From NCBI RefSeq assembly GCF_009914755.1, contig NC_060929.1: a stretch of 64,000 nucleotides of DNA. One strand, given 5' to 3'. The notes beneath the pieces are model-generated. The model searched no databases. It saw only the letters and a list, made by a program, of their open reading frames with translations, and was not told the DNA's origin. Both the position numbers and the translations under genes were made by a program. This DNA comes from the human T2T-CHM13v2.0 reference genome, Homo sapiens. Numbering within the stretch: the stretch's first letter is position 1; each line of letters starts with the position of its first letter. Below are positions 14,788 to 30,883 of the stretch, one piece after another.

Positions 14788-15252
14788 ATGAAATAATGGT
14801 GATAGGAATTCGTAGTTTTGTTGTTGTTGTTATTTTTGTTTTTAAGTGCTCTTACTTGGCAAAATAAACTTATCATACTGAGTTGAAATCCCACTTTTAT
14901 TAGATTGCTGTGGAATCCCAATGCCTGAGAATGATTGCTATGGAGAAAGGAGGAAGTAATAAAGTCCTGGGCCTCTGAGAGCAAATAGGGAGGTGCCTTT
15001 AATGGATGATTTTAGTGGAGACTGCAATAAAAATTCCTGTTCATAAATATCACCTTTTCCACTGTGCCCAGCTTACTTTGAGTAGCCCTTGAAAATAGGA
15101 CCTAAAATTCATGAAAGGACCTCCCCTTTTATTTGAACAAAATGACTGGGGGCTTTGTCTTTGAAAAAATTCTGTTCAAATGGGCACCCTGCTAGGGTGA
15201 CTTGGATGGGAAGAGGATGTGGGTGTTATGCGCCTTTTTCCCACTAGCACAT

Positions 15253-15919
<667 letters not shown>

Positions 15920-16527
15920 CACAGGTGACTTAATTTTCTTGGAAATGATAGGAACTCTTGCTTGGGGAGTGTACATTTCTAAAGGATTTGAGCAAGGCAG
16001 CCAAAATTTCTGGGTAGGGGGATGGATAGGAAGTGAGGAGGGGGTTGGGTGTGGGGAGACTAGAGCGCTGCCTAGGAAGGCCAAGGGTATTTAGCTGAGA
16101 GAACAGGGGTAGTGAGAGAAAGTCTTACGAAGGGGATGCCCAGAGGGATATTGAACAAATGCAAAGAGAGACAATAAAAGGATGGGGAAACCAGATTTTA
16201 CCTGTTGATCTACCTTGAAGCAAAAACCCAAACCAAAATAAACACAGAAACCAAAAAGCAAAACTTCCACGATATCATCAGAAATGGGGCATTTCCACAT
16301 GGAGTGGCAGATGAGCTGATGGAATTCTTAGTTTCTCTACTTCAGGAAGAATAGAGTAATGAGGGATGTCTTTCTCACTGTGTTCATATCATTGTCTGAT
16401 GAGTAGAATGACTGACATGATAAATGCAGGTAATTACAATCTTTTTCTTACGCACATTTCACAACATTCAGCCCTACACAACAGAATTGATCTTGTACTC
16501 AAGACTGCAAAAAAAAAATCCTTGTAT

Positions 16528-16822
16528 GGCTGGGTGCGGTGCCTCACACCTGTAATCCCAGCACTTTGGGAGGCTGAGGTGGATGGATCGCCTGAGGTCA
16601 GGAGTTTGAGACCAGCCTGGCGAACATGGTGAAGCAATGTCCCTACTAAAAATACAAAAACTAGCTGGGCATGGTGGTGGGCACCTGTAATCCCAGCTAC
16701 TTGAGTGGCTGAGGCAGAATTGCTTGAACCCAGGAAGCGGAGGTTGCAGTGAGCCAAGATCGAGCCATTGCACTCCAGCCTGGATCACAAGAATGAAACG
16801 CCACCTCAAAAAAAAAAAAAAA
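16528..16822 (+). mobile_element. AluS
   Basis: Full length; TSD approx. AAAAT(T)CCTTGTAT. Confidence 0.95.
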
Positions 16823-17293
16823 TTCCTTGTATAATGCAGTAGATCACAGAATATAATGTAGTTATCCATGTACCGTGACCCCAGAAAGGGATTGGTGTGT
16901 GGCTGATCTCATCTTTATTGCCCCCTGGGTGAGTCATGAATCATTGCACCCAAGAAACTCTGACACACTTTCTAGCAAGTAGTATTCACCATCACTATAG
17001 TATAACTACCATTCACTGCCAAGTAGTGCAAAAATTAAAAAAGAAACAGCCGCCTTTATGAGGTAACAAGCTTTAGAGCAACAGCAGATTGTGTGTGATT
17101 ATAGCAACTGAAATGACCTTGCCGTGTAATGGGCTTATGATATCTGTTGTATAGTGGCTTTTTTTCTGAGCCATATAAAGTTGAAATTAGCAATGGTCAA
17201 GTATCAAATCTGCTGGCATTTCACAACTGTAAATGTTTCAGTAATTAAAAGGAGACAAGGACTCTGGCTGTCAAAGGAAAGAATGGCCCAGGA

Positions 17294-17298
17294 ATATA

Positions 17299-17332
<34 letters not shown>

Positions 17333-17608
17333 TTTTTTTTAACTGAGACTTGTTCTGTTGCCCAGGCTGGTGCGATCTTGGCTCACTGCAACCTCCGCCT
17401 CCTGGGTTCAAGCAATTCTTCTGTCTCAGCTTCCCGAGTAGTTGTGACTAGAGGTGCGCGCCACCACGTCTGGCTAATTTTTGTATTTTTAGTAGAGACG
17501 GTGTTTCAACATATTGGTCAGGATGGTCTCGAACTCCTGACCTCATGATCCACCCACCTGGGCCTCCCAAAGTGCCGGGATTACAGGCATGAGCCACCAC
17601 TCCCAGCC
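17294..17608 (-). mobile_element. AluS with (TA)n-T tail
   Basis: Reverse-complement Alu with a ~10-nt deletion after CCAGGCTGG. Confidence 0.93.
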
Positions 17609-17724
17609 TTTTTTTTTTTTTTTTTTTTTTGAGACAGAGTCACAGTCCTGACCCAGGACAGTCTCGCTTTTCTCCATTGAGGCAGGGGAGAGGCGAGGCC
17701 ATAAAGAGGGCAATGAGATAAGAA

Positions 17725-17960
17725 TAGGAGGCAGCAGAGGAGTTCAGGGTGTGGACTTTAGAGTTGCACTGTCTGGGTTTGGGTCCAGCTCGGCCTCTTA
17801 CCAGCTGTGTGACCTTGAGCAAGTTACCTAACCTCTCCACGCCTCATTCCCCCAAGTGAAAAATGGGAATAACCATGGTACTAAGTCATAAGGTTGTTGT
17901 GAGAATTAAACAAGTTTATAAGGTGGTTGTGTTCAGCATACTACGCAAATGAATGTTTGC
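17725..17960 (+). mobile_element. MIR
   Basis: CTTACCAGCTGTGTGACCTTGAGCAAGTTACCTAACCTCTC...AAAATGGGAATAA core. Confidence 0.85.
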
Positions 17961-18403
17961 TACTTCTGAAGGAGGCATAGCAGGAAAACTGCTCTAGATG
18001 GATGTAGCAGCCAGCAGTTGAAGCTATTGGTGCAAAGGTGGAGGGCAGATTGGAAGGTGCCTGGGAAGTGATGTCTTGTCTGGACTAAATACCCGAGATT
18101 TGTTGTCTCATGGCCATAGAAAACTAGGATGCAGACACACAAAGAGTGAGGTTCAGAGCAAAAGTCTAATAGGTGAAAGAGAAGAGCTCTTTGGGGCAGA
18201 AGAGGTCCCGGAGAAATGGGTTGCTGCTTCTGCAGTGAAATACAGAGGATTTTATAGATGAGCTTGAGGAGGTGGTGTCTGATTTACATAGGGCACAAAA
18301 GATTGGTTGGACCAGGTGTTCCACTTGCATAGGTGTGAAAAACTGGTTAGGGCTAAGTATGTCATTTGCATAGGGCATGAAAACCTGGCCACCCTCACCC
18401 TAA

Positions 18404-18743
<340 letters not shown>

Positions 18744-18949
18744 GCCTGTTTCTTTACTGTACACCTGGTGACAAAAGGAAGATGGAGCCTCCATGTTGAA
18801 CATACCTGGACCCCAGGTAGCCCTTTTCTATTGGCACAGCAGCCGGTGTTCACCGGTGCAAGCTTCCAGCTTGCTTATCTATGTTAACAGCTCGATTTTT
18901 CAGGTTACCCTTTGTTAGAAAAGAAATAATTTTGGGGCTGTTTTTGTTA

Positions 18950-19293
<344 letters not shown>

Positions 19294-19549
19294 TTAAATA
19301 ATTTCTTTCTAGCTCCTGTATCACCTGGTCAGGGATCTCTGGGTCCTTGCACCACCTTCACAGCATCATAGAGGGCCCGAGGCAGGTGGCCTCTGGAGGG
19401 CCCTCCCGACAATGAGCAAGAAACCCAAGTCTGGGGAGGGGAAGCGTCCTCTTCACCAGACTTAGCAGTATCCTCCCTCATTTTCTCTACGGTTTGTATT
19501 GTTGGTGTTTTAAATGTAAAGACCTTTTTCCTGATTATGAAGGTCCGGA

Positions 19550-20330
<781 letters not shown>

Positions 20331-20374
20331 TTAAAAATTTGTTCATGCCCACATTAGAAAATTTAGAAAATACA

Positions 20375-20683
20375 TTTATTTTATTTATTTATTTATTTTT
20401 TGAGACGGAGTTTTGCTCTGTCGCCTAGGCTGGAGTGCAGTGGTGTGATGTTGGCCCACTGCAAGCTCCGCCCCTGGGTTCATGCCATTCTCCTGTCTCA
20501 GCCTCCTGAGTAGCTGGGACTACAGGTGCACACCACCATGCCCAGCTAATTTTTGTATTTTTTTTTTAGTAGAGACGGGGTTTTACCGTGTTAGCCAGGA
20601 TGGTCTTGATCTCCTGACTTTGTGATCCACCTGCCTCGGCCTCTCAAAGTGCTGGGATTACAGGTGTGAGCCACCACCCTGCC
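20375..20683 (-). mobile_element. AluY-like, inserted in an L1PA tail
   Basis: GCAAGCTCC, CATGCCATTCTCC, GTGTTAGCCAGGATGG. Confidence 0.93.
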
Positions 20684-21484
<801 letters not shown>

Positions 21485-21639
21485 GCATAAAAAATAAGTA
21501 ACTAGCATTCAGATGTAATCACCATCAACACTTTTTTCTGCTGTGATGTGTGTAGATGTGCATTTGAAATTGTAGTGTATATATAGTTTTGTAAAATGCT
21601 TTTAAAATGTAATGTTTTATATTTTCCTATGTTAAATGT

Positions 21640-22045
21640 TCTGTTAACACATGCTTATCAGCAGCTACAAAATATTTCATCTTCTGTACACACCAAAATT
21701 TATTCTATCATTTTTCTACAGGTAGATATACAAACTGTTTCCAACCTTTTTGTCACTGTAAATAATGGGCTGTGAACATTGTACATGTCTGATTATTTCC
21801 TTAAGATATATTTCCTTAAGATACATTTCTCTCTCTCTATATATAGATATATTTATATTTAATATTATATTTATATTTAATATATATATTTCTCTATATA
21901 TTTCTATATTTCTTAAGAAATATATCCTTAAGATATATTTCTAGGAAGAAATGCCGGCCAGACAGGTTCAAAATGTATGGGCATTTTTAAGGCAATTGAT
22001 ATGCATTATCAAACTGGTTTCCCAAAAGGTTGAATCAATTTAAGC
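21640..22045 (-). mobile_element. Old L1M fragment containing an AT-rich expansion
   Basis: TGTTTCCAACCTTTT...ATAATGGGCTGTGAACATT...CAAAATGTATGGGCATTTTTAAGGC. Confidence 0.55.
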
Positions 22046-22869
22046 CTCTTTAATTGGGTATCAAGTCGCCTGAACTCACCCCACCTCTATAGCAAATTTG
22101 TTTTTCCTGGGCCTCTGGGCTTATTTTCTTTTGGATTTCCTCTAGCAGTGGTTCAGACCTCAGGAAGGGAGTGGCTTCTGGCTGGAGAACAGGCTTGGTG
22201 GGCGATTTCCCTAATATTTGCTCCTGTGGGAACCTCAGAGCCAACCCCCTCCCTCCGATGATTTCAGTCACTTCCAGTCATTAGGTTGAAGGCCTGTCTT
22301 GTTACTGCTCACCACCTCCTACGCTGCGGCTGACACATGTACTGGAGCCCTTCAGAGAGGAAGGACAACCCGTTATTTGGTAGTTTGCTGTCTTATAGGA
22401 AGCTAGGGACAATACTCAGCAAAAACACAGATTCACCCTAAGTGGCTGTGCCTTTCTAACTGTCATAATCCAGCCCTGATGTTCACCGTCACTGCCAAAA
22501 ATCCTTTCCAAATGGGAACTCTGCTCCCTATCTGAAACTGATTCTAGTTAAGGGGCCACTGATGAGTATCATCTGGCTCAGTAGGAGAACGAATGGCTTA
22601 GTCCTGGCCTGTTAACATTTACAGATATTTGTTATCACCCACATTCCAGGGAATTTGTTGACATAAGCCCCAACTATTTTGAAAGAGCATTCCACCTTGG
22701 GATACTGTACTGCTTTTAAACTTGTGTCTATATAAGGCAGGAATTATTTCACATTCGATGGTAAGATTTCCATCCATTCAACATTTAAAGTAAAAAAGTA
22801 GCTGCCTCCCACTGTTCTGAGGATACGTAGCTACAACCTCACCAAGACCAACAAGCCTGTCTGGTTTCC

Positions 22870-23346
22870 TCTCATGAGAACTCTCGAGCCTCCTTGACTT
22901 TCTTTCTGGCTCTCAAACACAGCACATTCCCCCAGCCTCGGGGCCTTTGCATGTGCTACTTCCTTTGCCTAGAATGGTCTCCTTCCTCCTAGAAATTGCT
23001 CCTGACTCAGCAGATTCCACTCCAGCACCCTCCTTTGCCCAGTCCTATTAGAATCCTTTAGAGGAACTCCAAAACCCCATCTGCAGGCAAGGCTGCCCTG
23101 ATGCCCCAGACGAGGTCTGGACTCTGGTTTATATTATCACAGCATCTGGTGGTTTTGCTTGTGATGCTTTGCAGTTTGTAATTCTATGTTTATCTGTGTC
23201 ATCAGCGTTGAATACCTGTCTCTCTCATTAGTGTGTGAGGTCTAGGCGGGAAGGGACAGCTTTTTCTTATCACCAAAAGCACGTGGCCACCAGCACAATG
23301 CCGGCCAGATAGGTGCTGAATTCATGCTTGCAAATGAGTAAATGGA
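22870..23346 (+). mobile_element. L2 3' end
   Basis: GCCTCGGGGCCTTTGCATGTGCT...CAGCACAATGCCGGCCAGATAGGTGCT...TGAGTAAATGGA. Confidence 0.7.
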
Positions 23347-23494
23347 TACTGACATGCTGCAGCTGATGGCTGGGGTGGGGTTAGTGCAGTGACTGAGTGT
23401 CCTGGCACGCAGTGTTTATTTTATTTTATTTTTATTTTTTGCAGGGGGATACATTATTTCTCATGCCATATAAAAGTGCCTCTCAGGGTGGAGG

Positions 23495-23784
23495 TTTTTT
23501 TTTTTTGAGACGGAGTCTTGTTCTGTCGCCCAGGCTGGAATGCAGTGGTGCAATCTCGGCTCACTGCAACCTCTGCCTCCCGGGTTCAAGCAATTCTCTG
23601 CCTCAGCCTCCTGAGTAGCTGGGATTACAGGAGCATGCCACCACGCCCAGCTAATTTTTGTATTTTAGTAGAGATGGGGTTTCACCATCTTGGCCAGGCT
23701 GGTTTTGAACTCCTGACCTCGTGATCCACCCACCTTGGCCTCCCAAAGTGCTGGGATTACAGGCGTGAACCACTGTGCCTGGCC
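23495..23784 (-). mobile_element. AluS (Sg-like)
   Basis: Full length. Confidence 0.95.
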
Positions 23785-23871
23785 AGATTCTGGGTGGATT
23801 TTCTTAACTTACTAGTGATGAGACTTTCTTACTACCTTGGCTTCAGTCTGATTTTAAAATGAGGATAATAT

Positions 23872-24108
23872 CTTACATTTTCTTCATCCTAAGACACCAC
23901 TGACTTTAAGATGATCATCATTTAATAACAACTTTTCAGTGAAAAAATCCAAACTAGACCAAATAAACAAATAAATAAGATAAAACACCTCACTATAGCT
24001 CCTGCATGTTGGTTTTAAAACACATATTGATTGTAAAACATACCCAATTTCCAGGCATGCTAACATGTTAAAAAAAATGAACATGTTTAGAATTTAGACA
24101 AAATGTGG
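23872..24108. mobile_element. Tc2-group (MER104-like) DNA relic within MIR fragments
   Basis: ATTGTAAAACATACCCAATTTCCAG...ACATGTTTAGAATT; imperfect terminal inverted symmetry. Confidence 0.45.
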
Positions 24109-24774
24109 CGATGCCTACCAAAAAGGATGACTGTTCAAAGAGATGATGCATGTTCATTGTTTTGCCACGTGCCTGGTATACCTGAAGCATTTATTACTGT
24201 GAATACTATCTTTTCCTTTGAAAGGGTTCACTTGTTTTCGGTCTGTGGGTTGTATATTCCTAAGGACATTAAAGGGCTCATGTCTTCTATTTCTTTATAA
24301 ATTCCATCTCCCCTGCCCCCCGCCCAGTATTTGGTAAGCTATGATGAACACACCGTAGATATCAGTAGTGGAGACTGATGGAGGCATCCGTGCCATGAAG
24401 AGCAAGGCTGTTTTGGACCCTGCTTCCTGCTTGGGAGGAGTGAAGGGAATGAAGCCAAAAAGTGGGGAACTGGCCTTTCTCAGACCATCTGTGCTCAGGA
24501 TCTGGCTCCTTTGCTAAACAATCAAGGGAAGAAAAGCCCCCTGTTTGGTGGGACTGCATTCTCTGTTGTGGTCAGGATGTTATTGTTGTCTTTTCTGTGT
24601 TTTCACGGAATAACATTACAGCATGTTTATTCTCAGAGATCTTTGTTGGCTGTTTCCAGTCCCACTGCCACCGCCTGGCCCAGGCCTTCATGACTTCTTG
24701 CTTGTCCCATGCAGTTACCTCCCAAAGAATTTCCCGCTGGTAGACATTCCTCTCTGCAGCTGGCCCGATTTAAT

Positions 24775-24816
24775 TCAGACGAGATCGGGCATGTTCGGGG
24801 TGATACGGCGGTAGAC
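24775..24816 (-). pseudogene. 5S rRNA 5' fragment (nt 1-42), tailless retropseudogene
   Basis: Minus strand GTCTACCGCCGTATCACCCCGAACATGCCCGATCTCGTCTGA vs human 5S GTCTACGGCCATACCACCCTGAACGCGCCCGATCTCGTCTGA (36/42); TSD TGGCCCGATTTAAT / TGACCCAATTTAAT. Confidence 0.92.
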
Positions 24817-25149
24817 TGACCCAATTTAATTCAATTCCATACAAATGAGCAAGGTAGTGTTGCTGGGCTCATCGTCTAAGTTGTGAAGATGCTCATCTCA
24901 CTCCCCTGGTCTCCTGCAGAGACTGGTTAAGCTGCAAAGGCTAGTAGCCACAGAAAGCATTATTCTCATGAACACGTAGAGAATAAAGTATGGTCTGGTG
25001 AGCAAAGCTTTGCTTTCTGAAGTTGAGTCTCATTCCAACATCCTTGCGTTCCTTCTCTTCTCAGCCTTGATTTGTTCCTGACTTCCTGTCCAGCCTCAGG
25101 GTCTTGATTTGGTCAAGCCTCAGTTGCCTCTGATTTCTGGAAAAATCTC

Positions 25150-25360
25150 CTTTGCTTTTACCTCACTCAGCACACTGTCTAGGCTTGTCACACAGCACAT
25201 GATTACATTTTCCTATTTTGGAATATACTCAGACAGGCACAAAGCTGATTTCTAGACTATAAACTCCTTGAGAGCAGGAGCTCCATCTCATTTATCTTTA
25301 TATTGTAGTTTTTACAGGTAGCATGCATAAAATGAGTAAGTTGCTTAATGGTGACTGAAA
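25150..25360 (+). mobile_element. L2 3' fragment
   Basis: CTAGACTATAAACTCCTTGAGAGCAGG. Confidence 0.55.
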
Positions 25361-25419
25361 CATCAAAAGGAATTTATTATAGGGTTTCGACTCAGGTGCT
25401 AAAAAGCAGTAACAGGTAT

Positions 25420-25747
<328 letters not shown>

Positions 25748-28150
25748 TAACAAGGTATTTCTTATGTGTCCCATAAATTAAATCTAGGGGAAAAAACTAT
25801 CCCTACACAGTGAAGGGATCTTTCTTTTGCAACAATCATTTTTTTGTGTGTGTGTTCTTCCTTTGAATTAATTTAATGGTGCAAAGGGGCCTTCTTTTCT
25901 CTGATGGGCAGAGGGATGTATATACTGTCAGATTATGCTATTTTAGCAATGTGTCCATTCATGCATGTATCCAGTGCTCAGAATGCAGCCAGTATATATT
26001 TTAAAACCAACACTGGTGCTTTATGAAGGGTGGGTTGAATTCAGATGTAGGCGCAAGGAGCCAAAGGCAGGATCAGCTCTAGCTTGGTGACCTGGACTTA
26101 GGTCCCAGATGGGTGAGGCCAAGCCTTGCTGCCTTCTTCTCAGCGGTGGTTCCTGGGGCACAGAATGAGAATGCTAAACAGCTTCACCCTTAAGAACTAC
26201 CAGCTTTCAAGGAAATGGGTAGCGCAGAGAATGGCTCTAAGCCAATGACCTTGCGGCATTTGGAAGCAGAAATTCACAGTGTTTCAGGTGCGCTAACAAA
26301 ATAACTCGGTAAGCAACATAGCCTATTGGGGTTTCCCTATTACATTTTATGGAGTCCTCAAATTTTAGGTGATTTTTTGAAAATAATAATTTTTGGCACA
26401 TTTAAAACTTATGTATGTATGGATGTAATTTCTAAATCCAATCTCTTCTTTTTTTCAGTAGACCAAATTAGATTGCCATCTTTATCTTGTGGCAGACATG
26501 TGTTTCCAAGTGCAAATGGTCACCTAACAAAAAACAATATGGTTTTACTGCCTGATAGATGATTTTCAGATTTTTGAAAATTATCAAAAAGTCAAAATAG
26601 CAATTTAAAATTTTAAAAAATGCGGAAAAGCCTTTGTAAATATTTGAATAGGCTCAGGGGCTAATGAATGTGGGTGTCAACCTCAGTGTGGAGTGGATTG
26701 AACTTCATGGTCTTGAGTGTCTTTCCTCCTCTCAGTATCTGCCTCTGCAGATATAAGACAGAAACAGAGATGACAGACAGCCTCTACACACTGAAAGGAT
26801 GTGAAGTAAATACAATAATGCGTGGAAACATATCCTTAGACCAACGATCACGTCTAGGTTTGAATTAAGTCATGATCCTAGGTTGTCTTAGGTAATGTTC
26901 TTTCTGCATAGATCCCTTATAAAAAATTCCTTTCTCAGTGACAGATGACAAGAGCTCACCTGTCAAAAACTGTTCTGTAAAAATCATTTACCTTTCCATC
27001 CTTCTCTGCATTATTGCCTTTATTTTTCAGGCACTGCAAAAGTGGCCTCATTTTCAATGGCAGGTGTTAGCAGAGTGGTCATCCTGTCTGTGTGTGTTCC
27101 ATGTCACCCCTACCTGCTGGTAGCCGTGAGTGGGTCCCCACTGCTGGAGACGTGGTTTTCTCTTCTCAGTGCTGGCCTCCCGGGTCATGGTAAGCCCTGG
27201 AATTTCTCCAAGGCAAAGAGGTTTTAGGGCAAGACACTCTCTCGTCTAATTTTTCTTGCATTATTTCAACTGGATACTAATAGAAACCAACAGGTGAGTA
27301 ACCTCTTATCCACCTTTGGGAAATGCCTACCTGGTTTCCTAGATAGAAGCTATTTGATGAGAAATGTCATTCTGTAGTTCTTTCTGAGTCTTGCGATTTT
27401 TATCACAGCAAAGTTATTTGCCTTAAGGACTTTTCCAAACCCATTACTTTCCTATAAAATATCCTCAATTGAAATAATACACTTCTCGTTACGTAGTTAC
27501 TTTCATTGCTGGAGACTCAAAAATACTTGAAAAATCTTTTAAACTCCTCTTCAAGGACTATTTTTACCACTGTAAAATTTACATATGGTGATATATAGCA
27601 ACTGTTTTAATAGCTTACAGCCATATTAATAAAATCTAGATATAATAAGACAAAAAGGATTCTATATCTCAATAATAGTGCAGTGCTCACTTAGAAATGC
27701 TGAATAATCACTCTGGCTGGAATTGGAGCAGCAAAGGCACTATTTGAAGAGCATTATATGATGCCTAATGACCTAGAGAAAGTATGACCAAGCTTTCTAT
27801 CTAATTGGAAAAACACCCTTCCTTCTGATCGGGTTTGTGGGGACAATTCTGCTGAATGCCACATTTTCTCATTTGCCTTTTTCTTACACTTACATAAGGG
27901 ATGCCAGCTTTAGGGTAGATTTCATATAATCACTGGTGAAGTATTGCTTCTCAATCCTTTCCTCCTACACTGCAAAGCCCATCTTTGAAGGGTTCCAACC
28001 TTATCAACCCATAGGTCTGCTTAATCCATTGGAGCTGCCAACCTTGCAGGGGGTGTGATATGAGGGCTAACCTAGCCCAATGCTTTATCACTCTAGCCTC
28101 GCCAAAAATGCTACCATCCTTTAAAATAATACTTTGTAAAATTTCAGCAC

Positions 28151-28577
28151 CGGTATGGTTTGGATACGTGTCCCCACCCAAACCTCATGTTGAGTCATAA
28201 TCCCCAGTGTTGGTGGTGGGGCTTGGTGGGAGGTGATTGGATCATGGGGGCAGATTTCTCATGAATGGTTTAGTAGCATCCTCTTGGTACTGCCCTCAGG
28301 ATAGTGACTGAGTTCTCATGAGATCAGCTCATTTAAAATTGTGTAGCACCTCCTCACCCGCTGTCTTACTCCTGCTCTGGCCATGTGATGTGCCTGGTCC
28401 CACTTCACCTTCTGCCATGATTGTAAGTTTTCTGAGGCCTCCCCAGAAGCTAAGCAGATGCCAACATCATCCTTCCTGTACAGCCTGCAGAATTAAGAGC
28501 CACTTAAACTTCTTTTTTATTATAAATTACCCAGTCTCAGGTATTTCTTTACAGCGATGCAGGAATGGACTGATACA
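28151..28577 (+). mobile_element. MSTA solo LTR
   Basis: GGTATGGTTTGGAT...CTCCCCAGAAGCTAAGCAGATGCC...GGACTGATACA; TSD AGCAC/AGCAA. Confidence 0.9.
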
Positions 28578-28610
28578 AGCAACTTTTCTTTAATATATTG
28601 AAAATTGTGA

Positions 28611-28910
<300 letters not shown>

Positions 28911-29352
28911 TTAGTATTACATGTAAATACAGGTAACTATTTGCTCTATGTGAGTGTATACTACTACACTATATCACGAGAAAAGGAAACTCCACAAGAA
29001 CTTGCTCTAGCAAAATGGGCTTTTCTAGAACCAATATTTTTTACTTAAAAATAGTTGATAAGTCAATGTTTAATTCCACCCACCCTTCCCCCCATGGAAG
29101 GACTTCCTGGGCATTAGGAATATTTTGTAATTACATAGTTATTTTATTCTTAGGATGTCAGTGCCTGAAATAATTCATTCCAATAGAGAAAGAATGTTTC
29201 GCTTCAACTTTAGCAGAAAATTGTGATTTTTACTTAAGATTGAAATCAAGTTGATGATAATTGTGTGGCTGAAATACCTAGCGTCTTTTATGTTTTTTAT
29301 CATGCATTTTAACAAAGGATTTATATTGGTCTTAGTATTGTCCAACTGGTGC

Positions 29353-29686
29353 ATATATATATATATATATATATATGTTTAGTTAGTTATTATTTATTTC
29401 TTTATTTAGAGAAGAGTCTCACTTGTTGCCCAGGCTGCAGTACAGTGGTGTGATCTTGGCTCACTGCAACCTCTGCCTCCCAGGTTCAAGTGATTCTCTT
29501 GCCTCAGTCTCCTGAGTAGCGGGGACTACAGGCGTGCGCCACCACGCCTGGCTAATTTTTGTATTTTTAGTATAGATGAGGTTTCACCATGTTGGTCAGG
29601 TTGGTCTTGAACTCCTGACTTTGTGATCTGCCCGCCTTGGCCTCCCAAAGTGCTGGTATTAGAGGCGTGAGCCACCGTGCCCGGCC
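29353..29686 (-). mobile_element. AluS with (AT)n microsatellite at the tail
   Basis: Full-length Alu preceded by (AT)12. Confidence 0.93.
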
Positions 29687-30319
29687 TGGTATATTTTTAC
29701 CCAAGGACTAGATTATTAGTTGCTAGTGGGTAAGGAAAACAACTTAAAATTCCTTTGCAAGTTGTCTTTCAGCACATGGAGAGGTGGGAGTGCAGCCCAT
29801 ACTTACCGTAGGAGATAAGCCAGATGTCTGGCACTGAAATGAAACATCTGTCAGCATTTGATTGTGTCATAGACAATGCCCTTGCCACACCCATACATTA
29901 ATGCTCGAAGAAAAACTGTGGCGTGTATATAATGGAATGTAGGTGGGCCAAATGAAAACAAAGATTTAAGGATTCTGGAGATCATATTTATACTTTTGTT
30001 ACTATTTCTTTTTTTGAAATGTGCGTGAAGGAATTAACAATTATATAGTAATATAAAAATTATCCTGTGAATGAACCCGGTAATATGACATGTAACTTGA
30101 CAACGAGCGGTGATAAATAATTGCTCTAGGCTTCTTCAGTTTTTTTTTTTCTTAGATTCCCTTCCTACCAATATGCTCTGTCTGTGAGACACCAGATCTT
30201 CTATAAGGCTGTGGTCTATGGTTGCACTTCCCCAGTGGATTATTCTTCTCAGAACTCTAGTGTCTCATGAAATGATATGTTAATAGTTATTTCACGAAAA
30301 AAGGAGATATGCATGCATG

Positions 30320-30482
30320 CAGACGATCTCTGACTTTTGATGGTTTGACTTAATTTTTGTACTTTACAGTGGGTTTATGAAGGTATTAAATGCATTTTTG
30401 ACTCAATGTTATTTTCAATTTATGATTGGCTTAATTTATGATTGGCTTAATAGGACATAACCCTATCATCACTTCAAGAGCA

Positions 30483-30485
<3 letters not shown>
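30320..30485 (-). mobile_element. Tigger4a-like MITE
   Basis: GTATTAAATGCATTTTTGACT...TTTTCAATTTATGAT...GGACATAACCC...GAGCATCT; internal 16-bp tandem duplication AATTTATGATTGGCTT. Confidence 0.7.
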
Positions 30486-30513
<28 letters not shown>

Positions 30514-30573
30514 GTATATGTGTGTGTGTGTGTATATATATGTATATGTGCGTGTGTGTGTGTGTGTGTGTAT
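30483..30573. repeat. Compound (TC)n/(TA)n/(TG)n microsatellite
   Basis: Read directly; abuts the MLT2 LTR. Confidence 0.95.
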
Positions 30574-30587
30574 AAGTGTCTCACAAA

Positions 30588-30883
30588 AAGACTTATTATA
30601 AGGAATTGGCTTGTGTGATTATGGAGGCTAGCAAGTCCCAAATTTGTGATATGAGCTGGCAGGTTCAAGACTCAGGAGAGCCAATGGTGCAGATGAAGTT
30701 TGGAGGCAATTTATTGAAGAATTCCCTCTTGCTTTGGGAGGCCAGTCTTTTTGTTCTGTTCAGGCTGCTTGAATGAGACCCACCACATTATGGAGAGCCA
30801 GCGCTTACTCAAAGTTCACTGACTTAAATGTTAATCTCCTCCAAAAACACTCTTCAAATTGGCACATAAAATTAACCATCACA
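30588..30883 (-). mobile_element. MLT2 (ERVL) LTR
   Basis: TTATTATAAGGAATTGGCT...GTGATTATGGAGGCT...ACATAAAATTAACCATCACA. Confidence 0.88.
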
